From Tubiluchus corallicola (lineage: Eukaryota > Animalia > Priapulida), in NCBI GenBank assembly GCA_030141605.1, contig JAQGDQ010000840.1, positions 1-64,000 of the forward strand: 64,000 nucleotides of DNA, given 5' to 3'. Below the pieces are notes generated by a model. That model had not been told where the DNA came from. It saw nothing but the letters and a program-made list of their open reading frames with translations, and ran no database searches. The translations under genes were made by a program, and so were the position numbers. This document shows positions 41,905 to 54,135 of this stretch, one piece after another (positions within the stretch are counted from its first letter, which is position 1; each line of letters begins with the position of its first letter).

Positions 41905-42929
41905 GCCTGCTCTTTTTGAACGAAGCGTTTTTAGATCTATCCTGTTCTCAGATCAGAATCGTGACGTGCTAATTGCCCAAGTGAGTATTCCTATAGGATA
42001 AACCCGACAGCACCACCTATCAATAATAAAAAACAATTATTTTAATTTGAAAGACATGGCTGTAATATGCTTTATTTTATAGTCTGGATGTTTAATCATT
42101 TTAATCATTTTGAAATCATTGCTTAGGAAATTGATTCAAATCAAACAAGAATCCTGTAATGACAACGTAAAATCAACAGAGAAATCATTCAATCAACTCT
42201 CAATATTTCACTTTCATTTCGCGTCTTTAGTTACATCTTACGTTGATATTAGAAAGTCGTTAAGATTCACATTGACAAGTTAAGAAATGTCATGACTACA
42301 AATGGCTACAAATTTCAATTAAACACGTGGGACAGAATGATCACAATGATATGATATGTATATCTAATCACCCTTATTTGTGACTGTTAAATAATTTCTA
42401 ACCCATTAATAATAAAAAATCAGTTGTTTTATAGATTATGTATCTGGCTTGATCTAGAAACTTAGTTAATAAAATAAAATCTTTGATAATGTAATGTGCG
42501 GTTTGTGGATGTAGCTTTGCTAAAAGCATGAACTTTGCATAATCTAAAAATTAAGATCATTAAATAAAATCTAATCTGAGCTCAGAAAATCAATTTGACA
42601 ATCTTTTTGCAATTGAACCCAAAGTAGGTTTTATACGACATTATATCTGCAGAAGTACAGGGTGAGTCAAAATTAGTGCTACATTTTTTGTGAACAGTAA
42701 AACACTGAAAGACAGGAAATACAATAAGTAAAAAAACTGTGTTATGATGGAATTTTGAAATTCTACGAATACAAAGTTGAAGTTGGGATTTAAATCTGAT
42801 GCAAGCTATAAATGCAAATAATTTTAAATAATAGATATGATGACGATGATATTAATAATAATATTAATAATAATAATAATAACAACAACAACAACAACAA
42901 CTACAGGAACAGGAACAGGAACAGGACAG

Positions 42930-42991
<62 letters not shown>

Positions 42992-43287
42992 ACAACAGCA
43001 ACAACAACAACAACAATAGTAATAACAAAAATAATACAAATAAAACACAGTAAATATTAACACAAACTGCATAAAGTTTCAAAAATTGTCATTTTTGACT
43101 TTTGTATGTTATTACCTAGTTTAGAACCACCGTCAAATTTCAGCAAAATTGTGATAAACAGACAGAGGTGAAAAGGGACGAATTCATCTTTTATCCGTAA
43201 TCAATATTTATTTACTCTCAGAAAGAATGACTACTAAATCATAAATGACAATTTTTCAAGTTTGTTCCTCAGTTTTTAACAACTTAC

Positions 43288-43363
43288 CAAATGTAACTTG
43301 ACAGAGTTGAGAGTGAAAGAAACAGCTCAGTCACGACAAGTAATTCACAACGGACAAAACAAC
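43288..43363 (-). other. Candidate 5' UTR exon of the ANK-cGLR gene
   Basis: tgttttttag|G ... TTTG|gtaagt. Confidence 0.55.
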
Positions 43364-44164
43364 CTAAAAAACAAAGAAAAAAAGCATAATTGAATCTTGA
43401 CTGTATGAAATCATAACGATTTTTGACAATTTCTGAATCATTTCCAAATGCAAAAACGTATGATTGGTTAACAATAACTCAATTATCTCTTACTGTTTAT
43501 TAAAAAAGTAACAAAAAAGTTTTTTTTCAAAAATTCTTCTTCATTATTAAGTGCACTTTCTTTTCAAACTGCAGCAAATAAAACTTTCTTTTGAAATCTT
43601 AGTTGTCTATTATTCTGATAATAAAAACAGTGAAAAGTTTTATTTCAAATTTAAATGCAGCACTTTTAAATAACCAAGACTACATCTTACTCGTGACTTG
43701 TCAGTATGTTGGTATCTCGCAGAGGAGAAATTGCCATGAAGAAGTGGCGTACGATTTTAAATGCACATAGTTAAGCAACCTGAACTTGAATTGTAAGAGA
43801 TGGGTGACTGCAGTAAACTGATTTTTGGAGGTTATCATTCTGTCTCTAGTTATTAAGCTTAGGCACTAAAGGTGAGTGTGCTGAAAATATGAAGGTTATG
43901 TTACTGAAATTGTGTCTAGATATTTATGTTGGGGGTTAAAGGTGAATATATATAAAAAACTGCAAATTCAGTTTAAGAGAATCGTCCTAGATAAAACGTC
44001 TTGACAATTATGTAAAACCCGTTTTCTAGTGAAAGCTGATTTCAACTTACAGAGTACCAGGCAAAGTCACTAGATAAAAATTACATAAAGAATTATAATT
44101 GCCGAAAAATACAAAAATTGTCAGTTTTTGAACTTTTCTTGTGAGTTGTACTTAAGTATCTTAC

Positions 44165-44256
44165 CTGATGTAAATTGTTTAATGTTTAGCTGACAGCAGA
44201 CCAACTGCAAGGCAACCAGTTTATGCAGGATGAGGAATTCAGAATTAGGAAAGAGC
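44165..44256 (-). other. Candidate 92-nt 5' UTR exon
   Basis: cctttccag|G ... TCAG|gtaaga; paralog at 46829-46920. Confidence 0.55.
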
Positions 44257-45704
44257 CTGGAAAGGATACAATAATAGTTACGATAAGTTTTGCACGTCTA
44301 AACAAGTGTGCTGCAGTACATTCAAGAATGTTACTTCAGTTGCAACCAGGAACAACATAGTAGAATCCTTTTTAATAAACGTTCCATGGTCAGTAATCGT
44401 TCAGTAATTAATAATCAATTTCCGTATTTGTGGAACAAAATCAAGTTGTTAAACACCTTGTCAAAAAGGAAGAGAATGATAATCAATTAATGAGTAATCA
44501 ACACTAAATAAAAATGCCACTAAAATTTTGCAAAAAAATGGTTGACAGAACGCCACTTTTATGATGGAGTCACAGAATTAATGAAGCTTTTGTGTCGTTT
44601 ACTTGAGTAGGAAGAAAAATGCAAGCATCAATGCTAAATGTATTTTTATAGATGTATTTTCTATACAATTTCAAAAACACTCTGATACAAGTTGGTGCAG
44701 AAAAAACGTGCCACCAAAACAGACTCGTAATATTTCACTATGGAACACGCATTCAAAATAGTAATACACACAATCTTATAGCATAGTTTTTTTCCAAGAA
44801 AATTCCAAAAGACCCTTACAAACTTACTAAGTGACATTACAAGATTTTTTATATACTGTGTTTATCACATTTACAGTACTTCATTCACTGCATTTAAAAT
44901 TTACTAAAATTACTCAAAAAACGTGATAGAACGAGACGTTAAAGCAGGAAAAAGATGCAAAAAGTAATCTACTTATTCAACAAAATGTACCTATTATCGT
45001 TAAACGATATTCATTAATAAAGCAACGAAAACTTAAAAAATCGAAATTTTTTAAATGTCAGTGAATTCTTTTATGACTGATCCACAGAATTGAACAGCTA
45101 GAAGGAATGCAAAGCAAAGCCAAAAAGTTCTAATACAGGGTTGTCCAGAAAAAACGTTTCACCAAACTAATATGCAACTTTTCACATTAGCAGAGGCATT
45201 TGGAGGGATCACAACATCACGTGTCTCATCAAATATGCTGCCCCAAAATCTATGCATCCAAATGTGTTGCTGTAAAATTATGCTTCCAAATCTGACACCC
45301 TAAATCTATGCATCCAAATGTGATACCCAAAATCTATGCATCCAATCATAAATTTATGCATTCAACGGTTTAAATGAAAATCCGTGCATTCAGAACTGCT
45401 GCCCTGAATGCATGTACTCAAATTCATGCTGACACAACTATCCGTTTTCAAAAGTGCAACCTTTTAGAAATGCTTTCAAGAGTGTTATCCAAATTTTTAC
45501 ACTCAGAAGTGTTGTGCTGAATCCCCATGTCTAATATGGTTGCTTCAACATATCTGCCTTTTTAATGACCAATACATGGTCAATAATCAGTCCATAATTA
45601 GTAATTAAAATGTAAAACAAAGTTTAAAAACTGAATTCTTATACTGTGAGAAACAGCAACAACACAAAAAACTGACAATTTTTGAGCAAACTTCTTTAAC
45701 TTAC

Positions 45705-45777
45705 TTGCCAGATGAAACTTGTGAAGCTGAACGTAACCTTGACAACAATTCACCAATCGCCAGTAATGATAAAAGCA
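45705..45777 (-). other. Candidate 5' UTR exon
   Basis: cctttcag|T ... |gtaagt (or a GC donor at 45709); paralog at 47916-47988. Confidence 0.45.
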
Positions 45778-46053
45778 CTGAAAGGCAAGAACTAATCATT
45801 AGACATAATAAGCAATAAGCACTGTAATAGGCCTCGAGGAACAAGGCGTCTTCCTATTACCCAATTTGGAAAATAGCAGTTAAACAATCATGCATTGTTA
45901 GTTTAAAATGTTAGAGAAATGAATGAAAAGCAATGAAAAATGATGATTTAATATTTGATTTTTAACGATTATTTTACTAGGAAAACCAACGAATACAATA
46001 AAATCATAAATGGCACTTTTACCAAGTTTTTGTATCCATATCCAACAACTTAC

Positions 46054-46126
46054 CAGGTGTAATTTGATGCTGACAGACTTGACAGTGAAAAGAACAGCTC
46101 AGCCACGATACAGCCACGAAAAGAGC
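46054..46126 (-). other. Candidate 5' UTR exon
   Basis: tattttag|G ... CCTG|gtaagt; related to 43288-43363. Confidence 0.5.
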
Positions 46127-46828
46127 CTAAAATACCAAAAAATTCATAAAAGTGAATAAACTCTCAAATTTTCGACTCAACTAAATCTTGATGATTTTGA
46201 TTTTATCTGAACTTTTTTCAGATGATAAAAAATATGACTAATTAATGAAAATTCAGTTATCTATTACCTGATTACTAACGTGTTTCTTTGAATATTATGC
46301 AAAAACAAGGTTACAATGAGGTCAATAATTTTCAAATACAAAGTTGAAGTTGAGATGTAAATTTATTGTAATTCGTTGGTCAACTTAGATATTTTCTAAT
46401 AACAGTAATAATGATGTTGATAATGATGAAGATGATGATGACGTAAACTTTGTTTCTTTACATAAAACGGCATAAAATTTCAGAAATAACCTTTTTTATA
46501 ACTTTTATCTGTTACTAACAAGTTTTAAACTGATTATGAAATTCTAACTAAACCTTTATAAAAAGAGACAGTAAAGAAAGTGACGAAAGCAATTTTTTAT
46601 TTGTAACTGGTAAATTTACCAGCAAAACCAACAAAAGTTCTAAATTGTAAATCACAATTTTTTTAGTTTGTGTATCACTGTCATAAAAGTTACCAGGTGT
46701 AATTTGATGCTGACAGTGAGTAGAACAGTTCAGCCAGACAATAATTGCTTGTTAAAATATAATGGCTAAAAAATCTAAAAATTGTTAATATTCCAACTGT
46801 GTTTGCGAAATGCACTGCAGTGTCTTAC

Positions 46829-46920
46829 CTGGTGTAACTTGCTCAATGTTTAGCAAACAGCTGACAAACTCCAAGGCAGTCACCTTATGCAGGATGAGGA
46901 ATCCAGATTTTGAAAAAAAC
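46829..46920 (-). other. Candidate 92-nt 5' UTR exon
   Basis: atttccag|G ... CCAG|gtaaga; paralog of 44165-44256. Confidence 0.5.
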
Positions 46921-47915
46921 CTGGAAATCACAGCCTAACAATCAGTTTTGTGGCTCCTAGTAAGTGCACTGCTACGTATCCATCCAGTGAAGAAATTTGC
47001 TTCAGTTGCAATAAAGTGGAACTCATTCCTACACTTACTGTCCAGATTACTTGTTGCTTAACTTCACTTTCGTATTGCTGTAACCACTCGGCAAGTTCGT
47101 TTGTTCTGTTTAATATTTTTCCTAACATGCATCCAACAATTCAAGGTCAATAATTGATTAGTAATTAGTAATCAAACAATCCCTGTATCATTGAAACTAA
47201 AACAAGCTTTTAAACAAGAACATGTTAGATGCGTAAATAGCTAATCAAAAAGGAACAGGGTTATGAAACTAGATCAGGGCTAATCAATGACTAATGAAAC
47301 TAAAAACAAACACTATAATTTTCTGAAAGTTTTCAATTAAATAGTTGGCAAAACGTCACTTTATGATGGAAAACCACATATTGTAAAAGCTCATTGCCAA
47401 TCAGTAACTAAGATATAATTTAATAGCTAGCAATGAAACTTAAAAAAAAATGCAAATTTCAATCTTTTAAAAATAATGACATGATTGTTTTTGCAAGGTA
47501 CGCAGAAATATTTATTCGAGATTGAGTACTGCAACAAAGTCCTAAAAAAGCTGCCCTAAGCTTACACATTCAAATTTACTACCTAAATTCATGCATTCAA
47601 GACTGCTACTCTAAACTCACGCATATAGATGTGCTATCCAAGTCTATTTACCCAAAAATGCTGGACCAGAGCTGTGTATCCAAAAGTGATGACATAAATC
47701 AATGAAATTAAAGGTAATGCCATAAATTTATACATTTAATGGTCTAATCAAAATCCGTGCATTTAAAAGTGCTGTCCTAAATTCATGGACTCAAATTCAT
47801 GCTGACACGAATATGAACTTTCAAGAGTGCAACTTCGTAGAAATGAATTCTTATATTGTGAAAAACAGCAAGAACACAAAAACTGACAATTTTTAAACAA
47901 ACTTCTCTTAGTTAC

Positions 47916-47988
47916 TTGCCAGCTGGAGCTTGTGAAGCTGAACGTAACCTTGACAACAGTTCACCAATTCCCAGTAATGATAAAAAGC
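47916..47988 (-). other. Candidate 5' UTR exon
   Basis: gcttttcag|G ... |gtaact; paralog of 45705-45777. Confidence 0.4.
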
Positions 47989-48259
47989 CTGAAAAGCAAA
48001 AACTAATCATTAGGCACAATAAGCAAAAAGCACTGTAATAGGTCTAAAGGAACAAGGCGTCTTCCGAATACGCAATTTGGAAAATGGCAGTAAATACATT
48101 GTTACTTTAAGAAAACAGAGATAGGAAACCGATGAACAAATCTTTTATTTGTAACGATTATGTTACCAGTAAAACCAGCAAAAACTTGTGAATAACAATT
48201 TTGTCAAGCTTGGTAAGCATGTTTACTGACTAGGTTTTTTATAGCTTAACTTCAGCCTC

Positions 48260-49365
48260 CAAAATTTAAGTTTTCTGAAATGCCGTGGTAAATTTAAGTA
48301 TTCCGAGTTGCTGCAATGAATTAAAGTATTCTGAAATGTTGCTCAGAATTCAACTATTCTGAAATGCTTCAATAAATTCAACTATTCTGAAATGCTGCAA
48401 TAAACTCAAGTATTCTGAGATGCTGCAATAAATTCAAGTATTCTGAAATGGCCCAATAAATTCAAGTATTCTGAAATGCTGCAATAAATTCAAGTATTCT
48501 GAAATATCGCGCTAAATTCAACTATTCTGAATAGCTGCAATAAATTCAACTATTCTGAAATGCTGCAATAAATTCAAGTATTCTGAGATGCTGCAATAAA
48601 TTCATGAATTCTAAAAATGCTGCCCTAAATTCGAGTATTCCGAAATACTGCAACAAATTCAAATATTCTGTGATGCTCCAATAAATTCAACTATTCTGAA
48701 ATGCTGCAATAAATTTAAGTGTTCTGAAACACCACAATAAATACAAGAATTCTAAAAATGCTGCCCTAAATTTAAGTATTCTGAAATACCGCAATAAATT
48801 CAAGTATTCTGAGATGCTGCAATAAATTCAAGTATTCTGAAATGCTGCAATAAATTTAAGTATTCTGAAATGCCGCAATAAATTTAAGTATTCTGAAATA
48901 CTGCAATAAATTTAAGTATTCTGAAATGCTGCCCTAAATTTAAGTATTCTGAAATACCGTAATAAATTCAAGTATTCTGAGATGCTGCAATAAATTCAAG
49001 TATTCTGAAATGCTGCAATAAATTCAAGTATTCTGAAATGCCGCAATAAATTTAAGTATTCTGAAATGCTGCCCTAAATTCAAGTATTCTGAAATGCTTC
49101 AATAAATTCAACTATTCTGAAATGCAGCAATAAATTCAAGTATTCTGAAACACCACAATAAATTCATGAATTCTAAAAATGCTGCCCCAAATTCAAGTAT
49201 TCTGAGATGCTTCAATAAATTCAGCTATTCTGAAATGCTGCTCTAAATTCAAATATTCTGAAATTTTTCAATAAATTCAGAAATCCTGAAATGCTGCAAC
49301 AAATTTAACTATTCTGATATGCTGCCCTAATACTAAATATTCTGAAATACTTCAATAATTTCAAG
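48260..49365. repeat. 28-bp minisatellite (aataaattcaagtattctgaaatgctgc), ~38 copies
   Basis: Directly visible; decayed related units at ~45230-45430 and ~47550-47800. Confidence 0.95.
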
Positions 49366-49998
49366 CACTCAAGTTTGACTTCATAAGTCAGCGCTTCTTT
49401 TAAAAAAGTTGCACTAAATTCAGTTTCTAACAACATTAAAAGTTAAAACCAAAATGAACAATCAATCAGTGTTTTACTAGCAAATCAGTTACAATAAAAA
49501 GATTTAAAATGACAGTTTGACGCAAAAAAGAGTGGAAAAACGACAAGAAATTAAATTATTATCCAATAGTAACAAACAGTCAATAAATGTGAATAAACAT
49601 TTAATAAATGGCTTCAAATATCATGTCTGTTTCTTGTATTTTAATATTAAGCAGTCTTTCATCAGGTTAAACTACAAACATTACCTGGTAATCAGGTATT
49701 TGCTGAATTGAAGAATATATAACACATCAAATCCAACAATTTAATTTGCAGCCGTTAATAATTTTATAATATAATATAATAATTTTATAATTTGTGGTGA
49801 ATATTTTAATTTAAGGATACAGACCTTCAGTCTGACATGTTGATGTTTTAAAGATTAAATCACCTTTTCATTGATCTATAATAAACCTAAAAAGTATTAA
49901 TTTCAAAACTTACTTTTTCTCTGTCTTTTTTCTTTCTTCTTCAAGTGTAACTCTTTTTGTCTAGAATTCTTAATAGTTCTTACAACGTGTGGACTCAG

Positions 49999-50006
49999 CT
50001 TTTATA
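49999..50006 (-). promoter_or_regulatory. TATA box (TATAAAAG), candidate promoter of the ANK-cGLR unit
   Basis: Canonical TATAAAAG on the minus strand followed by a perfect GTAAGT donor at 49913, implying a first exon of ~49975-49914. Confidence 0.4.
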
Positions 50007-50789
50007 GTTCACAGTTGCGGGGGAGTTTTACTTTGAACTAGTTAGAGCTGGTTCAATCTGCCCTACACCCACCCTTGTTTTGTCTGCAAATAAATTGACA
50101 TCGCTTACATATTAGAAGGGCTATAAATGTCGATTCTGCTAGCTCAGTTATTAAATATTTTTTATTGTGAATTTATAAAGCTTACTGTACACGTAAAATA
50201 GGATCTAATGACGTTGTAAGTGCAAAAGTTTAACCAAAAACACAAACTACATGTATAAAAGAAGATGTCACACACTGTATTTTATCATATAAACTATTTC
50301 GCTAATAACATACAAAAATGAAAAAGTCATTAAATTACCACATTACTGAGGTATTGTGATATGCTGTACGAGTGAAATGTTGATATAAAATTGTATGTTT
50401 CAGCAAAGATTTATAATATTTTGCTTTACCTGGGAATCAAGGTAAATATGAACTAAATAGTTTTAGGAAGTGTTGAACAGTTGAAACACCAAATGAAACG
50501 TCAGTTATAACGTCGCTTTTTAGCAGGAACGGTGCCTTATGCTGATGTAGTAAACGACTATAGCATTGTTTTAATATAAGGGTTCTTGTAGAGATTGTTA
50601 TACATGCGAAAAAAATCATACTTGTACGTATAAATAGAAATTATTCACGGCGGGATTAACACACAATTGTTAAAACAAGTCTCTCGCCTCTCACACAATT
50701 AGAAATCGTTAACAAATTTTGGAAATGCTGAATTTAACACACCATTTGATGAGCCTATGCATTAGTCATTAATGAAATAAATATTTGTT

Positions 50790-50968
50790 AAGAAATACTA
50801 CAAAAAAGACTAAGCAGAATGTTCGTGTATCATTTATTGTAAGTAATGTTAGGAGCAAAACATGAAGGGAATAAAAATACACAGCAAAAAAGACTAAGCA
50901 GAATGTTCGTGTATCATTTATTGTAAGTAATGTTAGTAGCAAAACATGAAGGGAATAAAAATACACAG
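50790..50968. repeat. Two-copy direct tandem duplication (~85 bp)
   Basis: aaaaaagactaagcagaatgttcgtgtatcatttattgtaagtaatgtt...aaaatacacag occurs twice. Confidence 0.9.
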
Positions 50969-53180
50969 TTTTTTAACGTTGATCTTTTCACTGTGTTCAT
51001 CAATTAACTGTGGGCGATTGCTTACAGTTTTTATTCCTCCTGGAAGTACCTAGCTTTGAGTTGTCTAGTATTTCCAGTTTATTTACTGTTGTCATTTTTG
51101 TACATATTTAATGGTTCATCATAAAGTTAGTCATATTTTCTGAAGATTTATATAATCTAACTGTCGGGTTATTTGTTGAGCAAGATTACGCAAGACTGTC
51201 TGTCAAGATTGCCTAACTTATCTTTATTGTTTGAGGTAGCGTTGGTACACCTGCACTTTCTTACCTGCTCATTTCATGCAAAACTTTCCCACTGGGTTCT
51301 AGCTATTTATTAATTAATTAATAATGAAATAATTATTTAATATTATATGATTAGATATAGCAGCGATTATGACCTGAAAGCTAATAAACAGAAAGTTTTT
51401 TCAAATGGTGGCAAGAAAATACCCATACTTAATCAGTACAGGTAACAGTATAATGTAATTCGATAAAATTGTAAAAATAATAGTTCAGAAGATCACGACT
51501 ATTAATTAAAATAATTATTAACAATTTAGGCCTTTTAAGCAACTAAGCAGTCGGTAGGTAGGTAAACAGGCAGTTTGGCAGGTATTTAGGTAAGTAGGTG
51601 GGCAAGTACGTACATAGGCAGGTAGAAAGGCAGATAGATAGATAGTTGAAAAGGTACAGTAATTATGGTCATAAATATGATATATTTCTTATACAATATA
51701 AGTCTTTTATTGTTGATTAAATGATATTTTTTAATTGCTGTTTGTATTGTTTGATTATAAATCGAAAAAGTAGTTCTTTTTTTACTTTTCTCTTTCCACC
51801 CAAAAGTGCCCAGCTTCCAGTTTAAATATTCTTTTTGTAAGAAGTTTTATTCCTTAATAACTCTCATAAACATGATCTATATCTCAAAGCTATTATTTTA
51901 CAAGTGTAATTCACCACTTTATCAAGCGCCAGGTTACTTGTGTAAGATTACAGGTCCATAAACTAACAGGTCCGCTCAAGGTAACGCAGGTACATCTGTA
52001 CTTTATCACCTGCTCGTTTCATGCAAAACTTTTCCATTAGTTCAAGTTACGTACCCAGTTATTAGCCCAGAAGGCCAGTAAAAGTAGAGCTTGTTTGCAC
52101 TTTAGTCAGAAAGTAACTATATTCAGTTAATGCATGAATTAGTATATTGCAATCTCATTAAATTAAAAAACATTTTAATGATCATAACTGATAACTACAA
52201 AGAATAATTTTAGGCCTACTAAACGTGAAAGTAAACAAAACTTAAGCAGGCAGGCAGGTAGACAGGTAGTTAAGTAGTTAGGTAGGTATGTTGCTGGCAA
52301 GGTATGTAGGTAGGCACGCCGGTAGGCACGCAGGTAACTAGGTAGGTCGGAAAGTAGTTGGGTGGACGTGTAGATATGTTTGGCCTTCGGTAAGTAAGTA
52401 GGTGAGTGAGTGAGTAAAATTATATACATAATTAAATTGTGTCTAACAAAGAAAAATAATCGCAATAATTATTTAATTTTTTAAAAATTTAATTCACAAT
52501 GATTCACTTTGATTAACAGAAGACGCTGATTGTAGCAAACAGCAGGATATCCCATCTGTTCACTGCAGCAAATAAATGAATTATTTCCAGTAAAATTGTT
52601 GGCCCTACTTCTTTACCTATTTCTCAGCCTTTCGCATGTTATTACTGTGAATTACAGAAGTGTTTATTCGTTTTCAAACAAACATTATAAAATCACATTT
52701 TGCTTGTGGATGATTGTGAATGTTTTATAACAATAAAAACGATTAGAACATCAAAGTAATCTATACAGAATGTTTATAGCCTACAAGGAATCATGCAATG
52801 TGTTGTTATGTGTTATTTGTATGTATTACAAATCACTAAAGTAACTTCAGTTGTACCCACTCGATCTTCTGTGTCATACATAAAAATTCGATCCACCCCA
52901 CTTTCTCCACCACGGGGTCACGAACATGGATTCACCGCCAACTTTATCTCACACGTAACACTTTTTCTATAAGGAAATTGCATCAGTTCATCCACAAGCG
53001 AATTCTGATAAGTAATGTTGTTAGTTTAGACAAAGAATTCTAGTTTACTGGAAGAAAGAGAAGAAACAGAAAATGTACATATGAGTGAATTCAGCATTTT
53101 TCCTGCAAAAGATTTTGGTTTTGTTGCACAAGCAGAAGGAAGGTAAACAAAGGAAAACAACATTCAGAGAAGCACACTTA

Positions 53181-53670
53181 CGGTGTTCCCTCGCTACTTC
53201 CCGGTTCGTTTATCGCGGACTCGCTGTTTCGCGGGTTTTCAAAAATATTAATGTGAAATATTTATCGCGGTAGTTTCGCGGGTTTTTCCGGTACTCCGTC
53301 TAAAGTATTTTTGCACATGCGTAGTACGTATTGTACAGTAAGTAGAGATTTGATGAATTTTGCGTAAATAAATCACAAAATGTATAAAAATATATTAAAA
53401 ATATTAATTTTACCATTAAGAGAATATTCTAAATCATAAAAAAATTACCATTAACAGTAAATAGTGTATTTATTCGGCGGATGAATACATACCAAAAATG
53501 AAATGTAGTACTTGCGCCAGCTTGAGATGCTACTTGCTGACGTGAGATTGTACACAACACACAATTGGCTGATTATAGAGTAAGTATAAAATAAGTATAG
53601 CGTCCGTACTTCGAGGAAATTCACTTATCGTGGTGACCTGGAATGGAACGCGATAAGTGAGGGAACACTG
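53181..53670. mobile_element. Tigger/pogo-type (Tc1/mariner superfamily) MITE
   Basis: TA|cggtgttccctcgct...agtgagggaacactg|TA; TIRs with TA TSD. Confidence 0.8.
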
Positions 53671-53769
53671 TACTTGTAAATGCAACACCTGGCGAGATTA
53701 GTTTCACTAAAGATTAAAGTATTCATTATATATTTGAATATTGCTTTTTTATTTTTTTTACGGCAACAG

Positions 53770-54135
53770 AATTAGGAATATCATCAACACAATAAAAACA
53801 CAGCTACACAGTTCCAATCCTTGCAAACAGCCCAAACACTGATGGAAGTTTCATTTGTCAGTGTAGCAGTAGAGCAATTGATGTGAGCGAATCAAATGCT
53901 GCTGTTGCTATTTGCTCAGGTAAAAGATTCAGGTAAACAGCTGGTTTTAAAATAGCTGAACAGCAGTTTGCAATTTTCAAAACTCAAAAAATTGCATTTG
54001 CAGAAGTGAATGAATGTGACGCTAGTAACCATGCTTATGATTGTGAATCAATGATTGATGGAAGTTTTACTTGTCAGCACATTGGAGAAGTAGTTGATGT
54101 GACTGAATCAAATGCTTCAGAAACTTTTAGCTCAG
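53770..54135 (+). pseudogene. Two phase 1-1 exons encoding decayed calcium-binding EGF-like modules
   Basis: Exon 53770-53919 gives ..NTDGSFICQCSS...ICS with an in-frame TAA near its start. Exon 54004-54135 gives EVNECDASNHAYDCESMIDGSFTCQH... Both have ag/gt boundaries and are paralogous. Confidence 0.55.

Noticed and set aside
50018-50030. NF-kB site next to the candidate TATA box (gggggagtttta)
   Set aside because: Lacks the terminal CC of GGGRNWYYCC; too weak to call.
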